Shown: positions 41,401 to 54,933 of the stretch, in pieces
How positions within the stretch are numbered: position 1 is the stretch's first letter
Layout of the letters: every line of letters begins with the position of its first letter
NCBI GenBank assembly: GCA_012295275.1
Contig: CM022670.1
Location: 20,088,001-20,152,000 of the forward strand
Length of the DNA: 64,000 nucleotides
Direction: 5' to 3'
DNA from: Chrysomallon squamiferum
Taxonomy: Eukaryota > Animalia > Mollusca
The notes under the pieces: model-generated
Databases searched by the model: none
What the model was told of the DNA's origin: nothing
Seen by the model: the letters and a program-made list of their open reading frames with translations, nothing else
Translations under genes and position numbers: made by a program

Positions 41401-41750
41401 AAAGAAAATATACACCTCAACATACTTTTATTGATGCTGATTTTTATAATAATGTAACAATTGTATAATTAAGGTGTGGTTTCATTAGTTGCTAAAGGGT
41501 TATAGAATTAATTTTCATATGGCTACTTCCCAATGCCAGAGATTATATAATTAATGGTACAGAACTTTAGGAGCTGTCCATCACAAGGTCAGTCCTTTCT
41601 GATGCACCTTTTCCTAGTCAACTGGATATCATTTGTTGAACATATAGCTCTATGGTAACTGGAAAAAAAGTCACAGTACAATAGTCACAAAATGTATGGG
41701 TTTGTAAAGTATTGAATGTGGCATCATAGTATGCGTGGGGTAATTGTTAA

Positions 41751-41925
41751 GCTTACTGATTAGGCTAGATTAAAGAAAGGGGCTTCATATTGTGCAGGGG
41801 TTCTGACTTGTTACACTTATTAATTAGGGTCAGTTAGGCAGGATTAAAGAAAGAATCTTCATATTGGGTCTAGCTTGGGTTTAGCTTACTGATTAGGATA
41901 GATTTAAACTAAGGGATTCCTATTG
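41751..41925 (+). repeat. Three-copy degenerate repeat (GCTTACTGATTAGGCTAGATTAAAGAAAGGGGCTTCATATTG-like)
   Basis: Copies near 41751, 41830 and 41884, directly upstream of the FLYWCH fossil. Confidence 0.65.
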
Positions 41926-42009
41926 TAAATGATTTATAAAATGTCCCAGATTAAAATGTGTTTCACTATATGTTCTCCAGCTTGCTCTAGTATCAGAAGT
42001 ATGTTTAAT

Positions 42010-42180
42010 ATGGAAGTTATTCATATCAATAAGGATGGTAACAAAATCTGTTATGAGGGGTTCATGTATACCAAACATACAACTCGCAAAACAAAGTTGT
42101 GGTGGAAATGAGTCAAAAGATATAGTTGTAATTGGCAGAATTTCTTCATGAATTTGGATGGAACATCTGCCCAAACCACT
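42010..42180 (+). pseudogene. Decayed FLYWCH zinc-finger fragment, probably the N-terminus of a Mutator-like (MULE) transposase
   Basis: Reads MEVIHINKDGNKICYEGFMYTKHTTRKTKLWWK*VKRYSCNWQNFFMNLDGTSAQTT, matching the FLYWCH pattern (G-x-K-L/I-x-x-x-G-F/Y-x-Y...W-x-C). The WxC cysteine is replaced by TGA (42109-42111) and the terminal HxH is missing. Confidence 0.7.
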
Positions 42181-42775
42181 AATATTAAAATCAAAGAGCA
42201 TTAACAAAAAACTGACAAAATGTGTTTGATCTATCTTTCATTTCTAATATATTTCTTAATCTTAATTAAAACTGTGACTTTTTTCCTGTTTTTTTTTTTC
42301 TGTGACTTTTTTCCTAGAATCAGATCTACAACACTAGTTTTTTTTTTTTGTTTTTTTTTTTTTTTTTTTATCTTTGATAGCATGATTAAGAACATTTACA
42401 GTAAGATAATAAAAATAACCTTATTTTGTGAAAGCAGTAAGTATTTGCTTGATAACCATTTTTAAAACATTATGTTTGACATCCAATAACTGTTTTGCTA
42501 AAACACATTGGTGTATAATTAAACAAATATTCATTCAATAATCTATTCTGTTAAACTCTGACAGACAGGCACTATTGTTATTTTTGCAGGTAAAAAGTTG
42601 GCAGTCTTAACTCATTTATACACCTGTACCTTCAATCATTTTTTTATTTTTTTATCTTTCTGATGTACATTTGTTTTCAATTTCTACTGAGTGAAGCCAT
42701 TAATGCAGGTGCTACACAAAACTAGAGGCCCATGTTAGTTTATCAAGGATGTTGTAAACATAGTTAAATTATAAT

Positions 42776-42890
42776 TAAGTGGAGGGTAAACATAACTATA
42801 TGTAATATAATAAGATGTTTTAACTTTGTTTTATTTATTTGCATGTCTTGAAATAATTGGCTTAAATACAACTCACAGGAATTTTGTGTA
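42776..42890 (+). repeat. Dispersed ~110-bp direct repeat, second copy at ~46568-46670
   Basis: Shared TTTATTTATTTGYATGTCTTGAAATAA(A)TTGGCTTAAATACAACTCACAGGAATTTTGT plus a looser upstream match. Confidence 0.85.
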
Positions 42891-42993
42891 ATATTATTAT
42901 ATGTTATTATTATACCATTTTTATGTAGCACCTTTTCCATAGTAAATAAGTTAAAGGGAGCTTTACAGTGTAAACTAATAAACTAAAATATAA

Positions 42994-43065
42994 AATGAAT
43001 GAATGAGTGAATGTTTAACGACACCTCAGCACACAAAATGAAAAAATATTGGCTATTGGGTGTCA
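42994..43065. mobile_element. Short interspersed repeat fragment ((GAAT)n tail + GTTTAACGACACC...GGCTATTGGGTGTCA)
   Basis: Microsatellite tail joined to an internal inverted repeat GACACC (43020-43025) / GGTGTC (43059-43064). From memory it resembles an abundant gastropod SINE/MITE-like repeat; not database-verified. Confidence 0.55.
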
Positions 43066-44717
43066 TAAAATGTAAAAAGACGTAGACATAAACATACTAA
43101 AATAAATGTAAACATAATGGTAAAAAGATAATGTGATTAAATTTATTTTTATTTATTTTATTATCGTTATTATTATTCTTATTTATTTCACTCAAAGGAA
43201 TGTCACTCAAAGGAATTTAAAAAAAAAGTTATATTTAATACGATAAATTTGTTAAATGTAATTTAATATCTATTTTATTTTATTATTATCATTTCTAAAA
43301 TTATAATTTATTTTAATATTTTTGCTGGATGGGGACCGATTAAGTATTATGCATATATTTTTAATTTTTAATAAGAAAATATATACACAAGTATAAATAA
43401 TATCCATAATGGTTAAAAAGTACCAGCATCTGTATAAGTTAATAATCGTTTGCTTATGTGTATGTAAACATGTGTTATCTGTTATGATAAACTATGTCTA
43501 GTGCTTATTTTGACATAAGAGCTAAAATTATTACTACTATTTATATAAAAATATTTTTAATAAAAAATAATCTGAATAAAACATCAATTTAAATATGTTG
43601 ATATACTTGCATCATATTCTTCTCATCATACTTTTTACTTTGTTCCCCCTCACAATGATTACTTGATTTAAATAAAAGCATTTAGAAGAAAGGAAAAATC
43701 CAACCCTAAATATATAAAAACACCAAATCACTAAGACATGTCTGTACTTCATAGCTATTGAAAGATGAATACAGATAAACAATTTCTTGTTGCTACTCAA
43801 TGACTATCCTTTGGAGTGATAGCTACAGGTTTTTCATATATAAATTATATTTAATAACTGTTAATATTAAGGTACACTGACGTTCTTGATAGTAAATGTT
43901 AATTTAGTATCATGATTAATGTATTGTTTATTCATATGGGTCTGTGGATATACAAATACATAATTGCACAATATTTTGTATATATAATATAGTATAGGGT
44001 GTATGGTATACCTAATATATAATACAGCATATCTTAGTATAATATTGTACAGTAACACTGACAATAAAGTAATAAGTATATATGATTGTGTGTGTGTGTG
44101 TGTGTGTTTGAGTAATAATATTTACAGTAATATAATAAAACATTCCACTACAAACAAAACTGTGTGTGTGATTTTCATTATATTAAACATATTTTTAAAA
44201 CATTAACCCACATTTAGTGAATAAATAAATATCACAAAGAATACAGTTGACTATTTGACATTTATAAAAACAAAATTGATAATAATAATAACAAATTTAA
44301 AATTTATTTTAATTATTTTATTTTTTTAATTATCATTTTGTTTTGAATATTTGTTTTCTTATGTATGTATGTGTATATATATATATATAAAAAAAACACT
44401 TAAATGATTTATGTTGACATGGATTGTGAAATAAATGGCTGTACATGTCTTAACTTTCTTAATAAAAACAACATGTTTATTTATGAATTACAGTGACATA
44501 CTTTTGTTAATTCATAGTGTAAGTATGTTTTATATGAACCATGTAGAGAAAACAGGTGACATATGTTGGAAAATGTAAATTTTTCTTTGTGCATAATAAT
44601 TAATGTGGACAAGATTTAATTCTATTCAGATTGGTGTGTATAATATTTTGTTGTATGTATAAAGATGCATTTTCCAACTGAATAAATGAAACAATACATT
44701 TTTTATTTATTTCTATA

Positions 44718-44797
44718 TACAGGCACCCAAACCATTTATCCGGCAAGCTTTGGACTGGAGGTGCTCTGGATTTCTGGATTTGCCGGATTTCTAGATA
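44718..44797 (+). mobile_element. Possible Tc1/mariner (pogo/Tigger-like) MITE end fragment
   Basis: TA followed by CAGG..., then TTATCCGG and repeated YYGGATT motifs in a GC-richer patch. No partner TIR found. Confidence 0.3.
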
Positions 44798-45620
44798 CAT
44801 ACTAACAACACACTTCTGTTTTAATCCATCAAAAATCTTAAGTTACCTTTTGAGCATATGATCTATAATAAATGGGATGAAAATTAAACGAAGATAGGAA
44901 AGAACATAATTTTATTTAAACAATATCTGTACATCTTAAAACACTTAAATTTCTTACAATATCATGTATAATATATCATGAGAAAATTAAATAAATAAAA
45001 ATAAAAAACATAATTTGTTCAGTTGCTTTTATTTGATTACTTAATTATTACAATTTTTAAAATTTAATTTAATGTAAATCCTGATGCAGTGAAATCATTT
45101 TCACAAAAATTAATATTTCTATTTTTATGAATTAAGAATAAAATCATTTAAAAAAATATTCCAATGTCCTTTCCTTTGTCATTTGTATGAAAAAAAGATC
45201 ACAGGAGCTTTTTCATTCCATTTTATTTTATTATTATTATTTTGTAACTATTTAAATTCCAGACACAAAAGATGTACAGTTCATACATTATTACTTTTGT
45301 AGGCAACGTTACTTTTGAAGTTGTTGCCCATTGAAGGCCTCTTATGGCTATGGCACCTTATTATTGCAGGAAGATGTATGCAGAGTCAGACACTCCCCTC
45401 CATGATTTGTATCTTAAGGTCAAGTGTCCGCAGGAGATTACATGATGGTTCTTTCCCTTCCACATAATGTTTACTAACAGAATAAATTTCTCACACTTTG
45501 TTTTAAGACTTTTTTTTTCTTTTTTCTTATATATTGGCAGAACTGTGTAGCAGTTAAAACTTTTAGATTAACAATAACAGGTCCTGAATTAGTTTTTGTT
45601 GTTTAAATTTATAAACTGGG

Positions 45621-45658
<38 letters not shown>

Positions 45659-48239
45659 ACCAATATTTTTATTTTAACATATGTTAAAAATTAAATAAAA
45701 ATAAGTTTTACAGTATTTTTCTGTTGGTATGACAGTTAATAATTTTCCACATGTATTATGCAGATGCTGGTACATGTATAAATTATGTAAAATAGTTTTA
45801 ATAGTTAAAACACATTTTCTCACTCTTTTTCTTTTTTCTCCATTTCACCTTTTAAATGCTATTTTATTTTTTATTTTTTCTCTCTTTCTCTATCTTTCTT
45901 AAGTATATATTATCATTACATTTTTCAAATTAGTAAGATGATTGGTAGCAAGTTTAAGAAAAATCAAGTAGCCAGCCACAAAAGAAATATTTGGAAATCT
46001 GATTACCTAATAATATATCCTTACTATTAAACCATGACAAGTGTATGTAAAAACACTTACAGTGTTATGAACAACATACCAAAATAACATAACTCTTGTT
46101 AAACTGTTTATATTGTACAGTTATAAGTGAAATGCCTTATGTATTTTATTATTTTTTTGTAATAAGAAATTAATATAAAATATTTGTATTGTATGTGGTT
46201 TTCACTAAAATGATATTTTTATTCTATTTTGTAACATGCAATAACAATGAAATCATAAACATGTTTAGCTTAGTTATAATGAAATACTGTGTGTAATGAC
46301 ACACACACACACACACACACACACGTATGTATGCATGAATACATACATACATACATACAATAATGAAGATGTTTTTCTCCTGTACATATACTCATATAAC
46401 TGAATATCCAAATTGTACTACATTTGTGTTCCCCTCAGTGCCATTATTATTAGGAAAAACATATTTCAAGATAATCATCAGTTATTTTTATTTAATATTT
46501 ACCTAAGCAGATTTTAACCAGTCGAAACTATTAACAAATCTATTTGTTAAACGAAGGTAAATAATAGTGAAGTTGGAAGATAAACGTAAATATAAATAAC
46601 ATGTTTTTACTTTATTTATTTGTATGTCTTGAAATAAATTGGCTTAAATACAACTCACAGGAATTTTGTTTGAATTATATATAACAAATTGAAAAACAAA
46701 AGCATGTTATTACTGATTTAAAAAAACCCAAAACAAACAAAAACAACACTGACATGTAAACAATCAACAAAATGAACATAAATGAAAACAATTGTGAAAG
46801 AAAATATGTAGGATTTCAGCTGTTACATTATTTAAAGTTATAAATGATGGCTGACACCTAACAGATGTGAATAAATTAAATTCATTTTAATCCACAGTTA
46901 TTTTGTATTGCTGTTAATATGTAAACATTTACTGTTGTGAAAATTAAATGAGCATTTATAAAGGTTTGTCTTAAATGAGGTTAATAACTGACCCAGAACA
47001 AGATAGTCTGACATGATTACGATACCTCCCTAAAATGTATTTGATACTTGGTAAGCCATGGAAATTGATAAATGTATCTTAATGAGTTGATATATAAAAT
47101 AAAAAAATAAAATAAAAAAGAAGTAAAAATCAAAATAAATATGTCAACTATAAATCTGTTAGAAGCCACCAGTTACTATTCCAAAAATTAAAAATAAATA
47201 AAATGTGTGTTGTGTGTATAAATGTAATAAGAACTAAATAAATATCTAGCATTTGTGAAAACAAAAACAAAAAATAATAAAAAGTAAATTATTACTAAGT
47301 GATTAATTTAATAAATAAAAATAAATAAGCAACAACAACAAATAATAATAAATAAAAAGTTAAAAAAAAAAAAAATGGTTAATAAAATTACAAGAAAGTC
47401 TTTCCACAGATTTGTTTTTTCTTGTACTTTAGCATTTTGTTTACATAAGAATGAAATTCAAGAAGCTGGTTTGATCATTTAATAGGATTTAGTTTGTCCA
47501 GAATATACTACATCTATATTATATATACTATACCACTGATTATATAAATTCAGAAATAGATTAGGTGGTATTAGGAATATCTTGTACCCTAACCCTTTTC
47601 AGTGGCAAATTAGAAATGAATTTTTTTTAAATATAATAAATAATTATTAATTTCATGTACATGAAACCTAATAATAATGAAAAATATTTATCTGATAGCT
47701 ATAACTGCTACAGAAAAATAATTTTTGTCTGTATTGCTTTAATAAATGTTTTAATGCATTATTTATATTATGGAACATTCTGTTTTCAAAATTTATGCAA
47801 ATTAAATTTTAAAAATATGGATAGTAAATTTCACGATAAATTTTAGAATTGTGTAGTAGTCTCTGAAATATACTAGTGATTTTCCATGCAATACAGAATG
47901 CTGCTGAATATCAGTATCTTGTGTAAATTATTTTAAATGTTATATCTCAATTATTGTAATAATAACCATATTATTATAAAATACAGACTTTTGAAAATAA
48001 ATTCAATGATTCAACATATTTTGTTAATGAATATTAAACAAACCTCTTCATTTAAATGCCACACTAGAAAGAGGTCTAGATCTATTCTTGTAGAGTTGTA
48101 GCAGAGTTGTATCAGTATGTATTCCCTTTGTTTTATTTTTTTTTACCAAGCATATGAAATTTATTATTTATGTGATATCCTTATTATTTATGTCTGCTTA
48201 TCTTTTATATTTATATTACTACCATGTGTACTATAGCTT

Positions 48240-48330
48240 CACTACCATTGCTGCTGCTGCTATACTGCTACTTCTGCTACTGCTGCTGCTGCTGCTGGTA
48301 CAGTTACTACACTATCACTACCACTGCCAT
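48240..48330. repeat. Degenerate (CTG/CTA)n trinucleotide tract
   Basis: Directly visible. Explains the poly-Leu ORF 48154-48348. Confidence 0.85.
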
Positions 48331-51227
48331 GAGCTGAAAGTTGCCTAAAGCTTAGGTTCTGATAAAACACCAGTCATTTTTTTTGTTTTAAGGAAGTGCA
48401 TTCATGCAAATTATTATTTGTCTTAGAATATTATGAAATTTAATTAATGAGTAGTTTTACCTACTTTGTTTACCTTCTATATAGAAGTCAAAATCTGATG
48501 CATAAATTCTTTGACACAGTTATCAGAGATATAATGTATTCTGTTATAGTATGGATACTTAGAGGGTTTTCAAGGAAATAATAATAAAAATGATTTAAAT
48601 CTGCCAAAGGATAATGATATAAATAAATAACAACAACTTGGAGAATGGAGGAAAAAAAAAAAATAAAAAAGTAAATACATCAAAAAAAAAAAACAGAAAT
48701 AAAATGCTGATAGTATCAGACATAATTTATTAATGTCAAGAAAAGATTAGGTGCATTTTAGATGAGCACAAAGTAAATGTCTTCATAATTCTTGAAGGAA
48801 GACTTCCATTAACTAAATGTGTTCATATTTTCATCTTAATTATACCTCTAAATGAAGAATATCAGTGAACATATATATTTATAGTAACAAAACTTGGTAT
48901 ACTTTTAATATATTTTTCAATCTCCAGTGTATGAATATGTATTTATTAAAACAAAGTCATACACTTATAAGAGGAAGGAACATAAATTTATGTGAAAACA
49001 GACATTGTTTGAGACACCATGATATATACCTTAAAAAATAGTGTTTAATAAAATGATATCTGGACTAAAGCATACATTGCATACAGATATTCTCTGAAGT
49101 CATGCATTGTATGCAGACATAATTTGAAGTTGAGCATTATATACAGACATTGTATAAAGTTGTGAAATGAAGTAAAACCTAAACATATAAAGCTATTCAG
49201 AATACACAGGAAAGATATTGGTATGATTTATTGTATACATGACAGCTCTTCACTGTAGAAAAAAAAAAACCTGATGTTTTATACTGGTATTTGATGTAAA
49301 GCAGTTGACTGTATAAAGAACCAAACATTATTGTGTAGAGTTTGCTAAATTTATGGCTGTTCATATTCTGTATAAAGCAGGAGTGCACATCGTAAAGAAT
49401 AAACATATATTGTAAGAATAACAACAGCTGAATACTTTCTATTTTATATATTGTATGTTTATTTTTAATACATACAAGAATGTGAGGTTATTCAGTATGT
49501 GAGGATGGTAAATTGTAGGATATATTGTGATCAGTGTGCCTATTTTGACTATTTATTCATCTCAGAATAAAAAGTTTTTATTATATACTTTCCAATTGTA
49601 AGAGTGCTTATTTAAAAGATCAATTTTGTAGTGTTTCTTCTGAAAGAGAAAATATGTGGATTATATTGAATAAATATATCTGGACTTGCTCATGCATTTG
49701 TACATTTAAATAGACATATATTAATACAACACGAATAAGTAACATCTGTGTACAACAGTTTCTAGATGAATTTAAGTTCATGTATTTAAGAGAGAAACTC
49801 TAACAGAGAACATTTTTCTTAATTGTGACATATGCCACTGAAGAGATGGCTACAAAACTAACTTGGGTAATTGTTTGGAGAAATGTGTTTCTATATTTTT
49901 AAATAAAACAGTGGGTTTTTGAGAGGTACATTTACGTGTCTCTAGTCTTTAGAAGCTGATTTATTCTGGGAGTCAAATCTCTGTCTTTGTATGAGGGCAT
50001 TAAAAAGGGTCCCCCAAAACACCCCAATATATTAGCAAACCTTGACAGTTTTCAAGGTAGAGTGCACAAAGAAAATACATATTTGAATTATGTTCCTGCA
50101 CAGAGCTATTAACATTGCGTGACTTGAACCATTTTGTATCAGGGCCCAGTGTTGTCCCATTTGCTTACTGACATTATTGCCTTTTCTTGTGATAAGGCAT
50201 AAAAGGTGGTGAAGAATTTTTGTTTCTTTGCATTTTTTATCTTGGCTGCCCAGCAAGAAATGTCAAAAGCTGAATTTATACTTTTGTTATTATTATTATT
50301 CTTTAAAGATTTATCAAACTGTTCATTTTATTCATCTTGAATCAGTTGATTATTAATTATGAATTATGATTTTATTGATAAGATGTTGACCTTCAAGAGT
50401 TAATAATGCAGATGTACAGCAAGTTTCTATGGCAACAGCATTTGGGTTTATGTAATATATATGATATATTCAAAGTATGTGTGTATATCATTTTTATATT
50501 TTGAGATATACTAATTTCCTGTTTTATTATTCGATATATTTTCTTTCTAATTGTAATAATGACTTTTTGTTGCTTTTTTTTTTTGTAGAAGATGAAGAAT
50601 AATAAAATAAATGGCTATAAGATATTGTACCTAACAAAAGATTTTGCAAAAAAAACCAAATAATAAATATTTGCTTACTGTCATCATGAGTGAATATTCA
50701 TCCATTTATTATTGTGTGTTATGTGTGCATAACTATGTTTTAATGAATATATATTATAATACTCTGATACCCCCTCACACACACACACAGATACATATAA
50801 ACACATGTACAAACACATACATGGATACAAATATATACACATAATACACTCACACATACATGCACACATACTGACACATAATAAAAGAACAAAATTATTT
50901 CCATCCCTGCTGTTAAAGAAAGGTAGTTAGAAAATAAACTTCTGTCATGTTTGTGATAAAAACTTCTAACCTGCATTGCCAATCCAGCAATAGCTCTGCA
51001 CCATCTGTGCTAATACATGTTTAGCAGTGACCTGGAACTTCCCAAGTCATTCTCTCACCAGTATTTGGTACATAAATTTCTTTCCCATCAATGCCATGTA
51101 GAAGGAGTCTTGTTTTTCGGTTCTATTTTTTTATTTCATTTTCTGTTTTTTTCATGCGTTCACATTGAGATGTATAATTTCACTTTTTTCTTATAAAATG
51201 TTAAACTGTTTTAGCAAAATATAAACT

Positions 51228-51720
51228 TAATGTCAGAACAGAAAAGAAAAATTATCATCATACTTTAATGTCAGGTCAGAGACAGAATGTCAGGACAAAC
51301 AAAACTATAGTTTTAATGTCAGCACACAAAACATTTTAATTTCAGGAAATGATATTTATGATACATTTTATGTCAAGACAAACAAAATATTTGTTATAAT
51401 ATTAATATCAAAATTCAAAATATTTATTACTGTTTTAACATCTAAAGTACTAGTATTTTAATACATAATCATAATATTTAATAATGAATAAAAATCTTAA
51501 ACAAACATTTTTTTTACAGTTTTAAAATTTTAATATTAAGACATTATTATTATTATTTTATTTTAATTTTTAAAGTATATCTATTTAATTTCAAGATATA
51601 AAATTATTTTACTAAAACCTTTATAACAGTTTTAATATCAAATACAGATTACTTCTCAGTTTTTTAATGCATAAATTTAAATTTTTTTTTTTTATTATAT
51701 AATATCAAGACATATAACAT
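51228..51720 (+). repeat. Highly decayed minisatellite with core TTTTAATRTCARRACA
   Basis: Recurrent TTAATGTCAG / TTAATATCAA / TTAATTTCAA motifs at irregular ~25-45 bp spacing. Confidence 0.55.
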
Positions 51721-52392
51721 TTATTTTAACTTTAACTTTGATTAACCTTCTGAGTTACTTTAGTAACTGCTGCAATTCTTGATATCATCTACTTCAATCA
51801 AAGTTCTGCTTTGTGCCAATAGATCACTGCATGCACACTGGGTGGATAAGGATACTTTCCAATGACTCACTCCTACAACTTTATTTAATTCATTATTTAT
51901 TCATGCATTTTCTTATTTCATTATATATTTGATAAAAACACACTATACTTATGATTTATTTGCAATTGAATATTTTAAATATGTTCTGTTGTCTTTTCAT
52001 TTTTATTTTTGTATTTGAAAAATATTTATTGATGTAATTTGAGACTTTTTATTACCTTATTCATTTGTGCATATTACATTGCTGTACGTTATATTACCAG
52101 ACAGCACCATACTACATCATGCCATGCTATGCATTGCTACCCTACACTACAATGATCTGCACTATACTACACTACACTGTACTATATTATAGAGTATACA
52201 GTATTCTATACAGTATTCAGTACACTATATACACTGTGCTATATTACATTACATTTCCATCTATTGATATGTTACCTTAATTACAGAACGTTGCTTTTTC
52301 ATTACATTACATTTGTAAGTTAGCAATATTCACTTATGTTTAAAATCTGTTATTAAAAGATAAGGTAATATATTGCTTAAGGCTGGTGTTGT

Positions 52393-52424
<32 letters not shown>

Positions 52425-52500
52425 TTGTTTCAAATATTTCTGCATCATTTTACAATCATAATTTAAAAGTTATCATATTATTTTACTTTTCTTTAACTCT

Positions 52501-53650
52501 ATGCTGTGCTGTGCTGTACTGTGCTGTGTGTGCTGTTCTGTGCTATGCTGTGCTGTGCTGTGCTGTGCTGTGCTGTGTGTGCTGTGCTGTGTTGTGCTGT
52601 GTGTGCTGTGCTGTGCTGTACTGTGTTGTGTGTCCTGTGCTGTGCTGTACTATGCTGTGCTATACTGTGCTGTGTGTGCTGTGCTATGCTGTACTGTACT
52701 GTGCTGTGCTATGCTATGTGTGCTGTGCTGTGCTGTGCTGTGCTGTGCTATGCTGTGCTATGCTGTACTGTGCTGTATTGTGCTGCACTGTGCTATGCTA
52801 TGCTGTGCTGTGTATACTATACTGTGCTGTGCTATGCTGTGCTGTGCTGTGCTGTGCTGTGCTGTGCTGTGCTGTGCTGTGCTGTGCTGTGGTGTGGTGT
52901 GCTATGCTGTGCTATGGTGTGCTATGCTGTGCTGTATTTGCTATGCTGTTCTGTGTATGCTATACTGTGCTGTGCTGTGCTGTGCTGTGTATGCTGTGCT
53001 TTGCTGTGCTGTGCTATGCTATGCTGTACTGTGCTGCGCTGTGCTGTGCTGCACTGTGCTATACTATGCTATACTGTGCTATGTTGTGCTATGCTATGCA
53101 GTACTGTGCTATACTGTGCTATGTTGTGCTATGCTGTGCTGTGTTGTGCTATGCTATGCTGTACTGTGCTGTGCTGTACTGTGTGCTGTGCTGTGTGTGC
53201 TATGCTGTGTGTGCTATGCTGTGTGTGTTGTGCTATGCTGTGTGTGCTATGCTGTGTGTGCTATGCTGTGTGTGTTGTGCTGTGTGTGTTGTGCTGTGTG
53301 TTGTGCTGTGTGTGTTGTGCTGTGTGTTGTGCTATGTGTGCTATGCTGTGTGCTGTGCTGTGTGTGTTGTGCTGTGTGTGCTATGCTGTGTGTGTTGTGC
53401 TGTGTGTGTTATGCTGTGTATGTTGTGCTGTGTGTGTTGTGCTGTGTGCTATGCTGTGTGCTACTGTGTGTGATGTGATGTGTGTGCTATACTGTGTGTT
53501 GTGCTGTGTGCGCTGTGCTGTGTGCTGTGCTGTGTGCTGTGCTGTGTGTGCTGTGTGCTATGCTGTGCTGTGTGCTATGCTGTGCTGTGTGCTATGCTGT
53601 GTGTGCTGTACTGTGTGTGCTGTGCTGTGTGTGCTGTGCTGTGTGCTATG
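52501..53650 (+). repeat. (TGCTG/TGCTA)n pentamer-based simple satellite, ~1.15 kb
   Basis: 5-mer period in the 5' part and TG-expanded units in the 3' part. A decayed related tract lies at ~52075-52260. Confidence 0.97.
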
Positions 53651-54686
53651 TTATAAATTTAATTTAATTTAAAAATAAACTCTTTAGCCAATTTCAGCTT
53701 TGAGTTGATGTTTAGCACAAATCATAAAATCAATGTACATAGGCTGTAAAGAAAAAAAATAAAGGAAAAAAAAATAAAATTAACTACATCTAGTGTGGAT
53801 ATTAAAAGAGATATTAAATTCAGTTTTGAAATGAATTAAAAAGTCATGATGTCTTTTATAATAAAATATTTAAAAAAAGAAAAATGTAGAGCTAAAAAAA
53901 AAGAAAAGAGTTAATTATTTATTTAATTTTGGGGGGTAAAAATCACAGCCTGCAGAGATATTAAGAAATTTTTATCAAATATTTTGCACTTATTTAAAAT
54001 GACAGCAAAATTTATAGTTTAGCCTTTATCACCATTTTGATAAGAAACATAATTAAAGTACATTTCTTTTCTGTCTCATTTTTATCCTATAAGTAGTTTT
54101 AATTTTGCAAGCTTATTTATTTTTTTTAAACGGTTAATGTAATTTTCTTTTTGTGTGATTACCACTTTTCAGTTTGGTCTATGTTTTATTGTTATGAACT
54201 GCTTTGTGATATATGAATTGTATTTACTTGGATTAATTACAGAACATTAAAAGTAATTCCATTTCTAACTGATTTACTTTTGTTTTACTTTCATATATGA
54301 GGTTTCTGACTGGTAAATTTTCATTGTGACACCTCACACAAATTTAAATATTTTTTAATTGATTTGTAATGACTTATATTTGCAAGACAGTTTCTGGTAG
54401 GTATTGTCCAATTTTATTTTGTAATCTATGTTATGATTGGTTAATTTTCAGTTATAGTGTAAATCATTTTCTGATTGGTGGAGCTTGTTTGTATTTTGTT
54501 ATTATCTGGGTCAGAACTGGAAATGTCCTGGAAAGGCTTATCAGTTTTAAAAACATTTTCTAAACTGGCCTGTCAGCTGGTGTAGATAATAAATTAGTTC
54601 TTGCTGGTGAAAAGCTTCCATTCCAGCTGAGAAGTCTACACTCATAAAACTACCAGATAAAGTAAAACAACAGAATAAACAAAACC

Positions 54687-54717
<31 letters not shown>

Positions 54718-54896
54718 ATTCTAATTTAACAAAAAAAAAATAAGAAAAAAAGTATTTTATACATTTAAAAATAAGAAAAGAAATTTCAACCATTGATTAG
54801 CCAAAATTGACATTTTCAGTTAATTGAACAAGCAAAGGCTTTGCATAGCAGCCAGAAACAATTTGTGGGTTATTACTTCATGGTTAAACCCTGTAA

Positions 54897-54933
<37 letters not shown>

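Noticed and set aside
45303-45470. Coding exon after ttttgtAG
   Set aside because: The translation is not protein-like and there is no good donor; more likely a non-coding element.
52373-53672. Long Cys/Ala/Val/Leu-rich ORFs (366, 325, 388 aa) resembling metallothionein- or keratin-associated proteins
   Set aside because: They are open in all three frames because the pentamer satellite lacks stop codons; a translation artefact.
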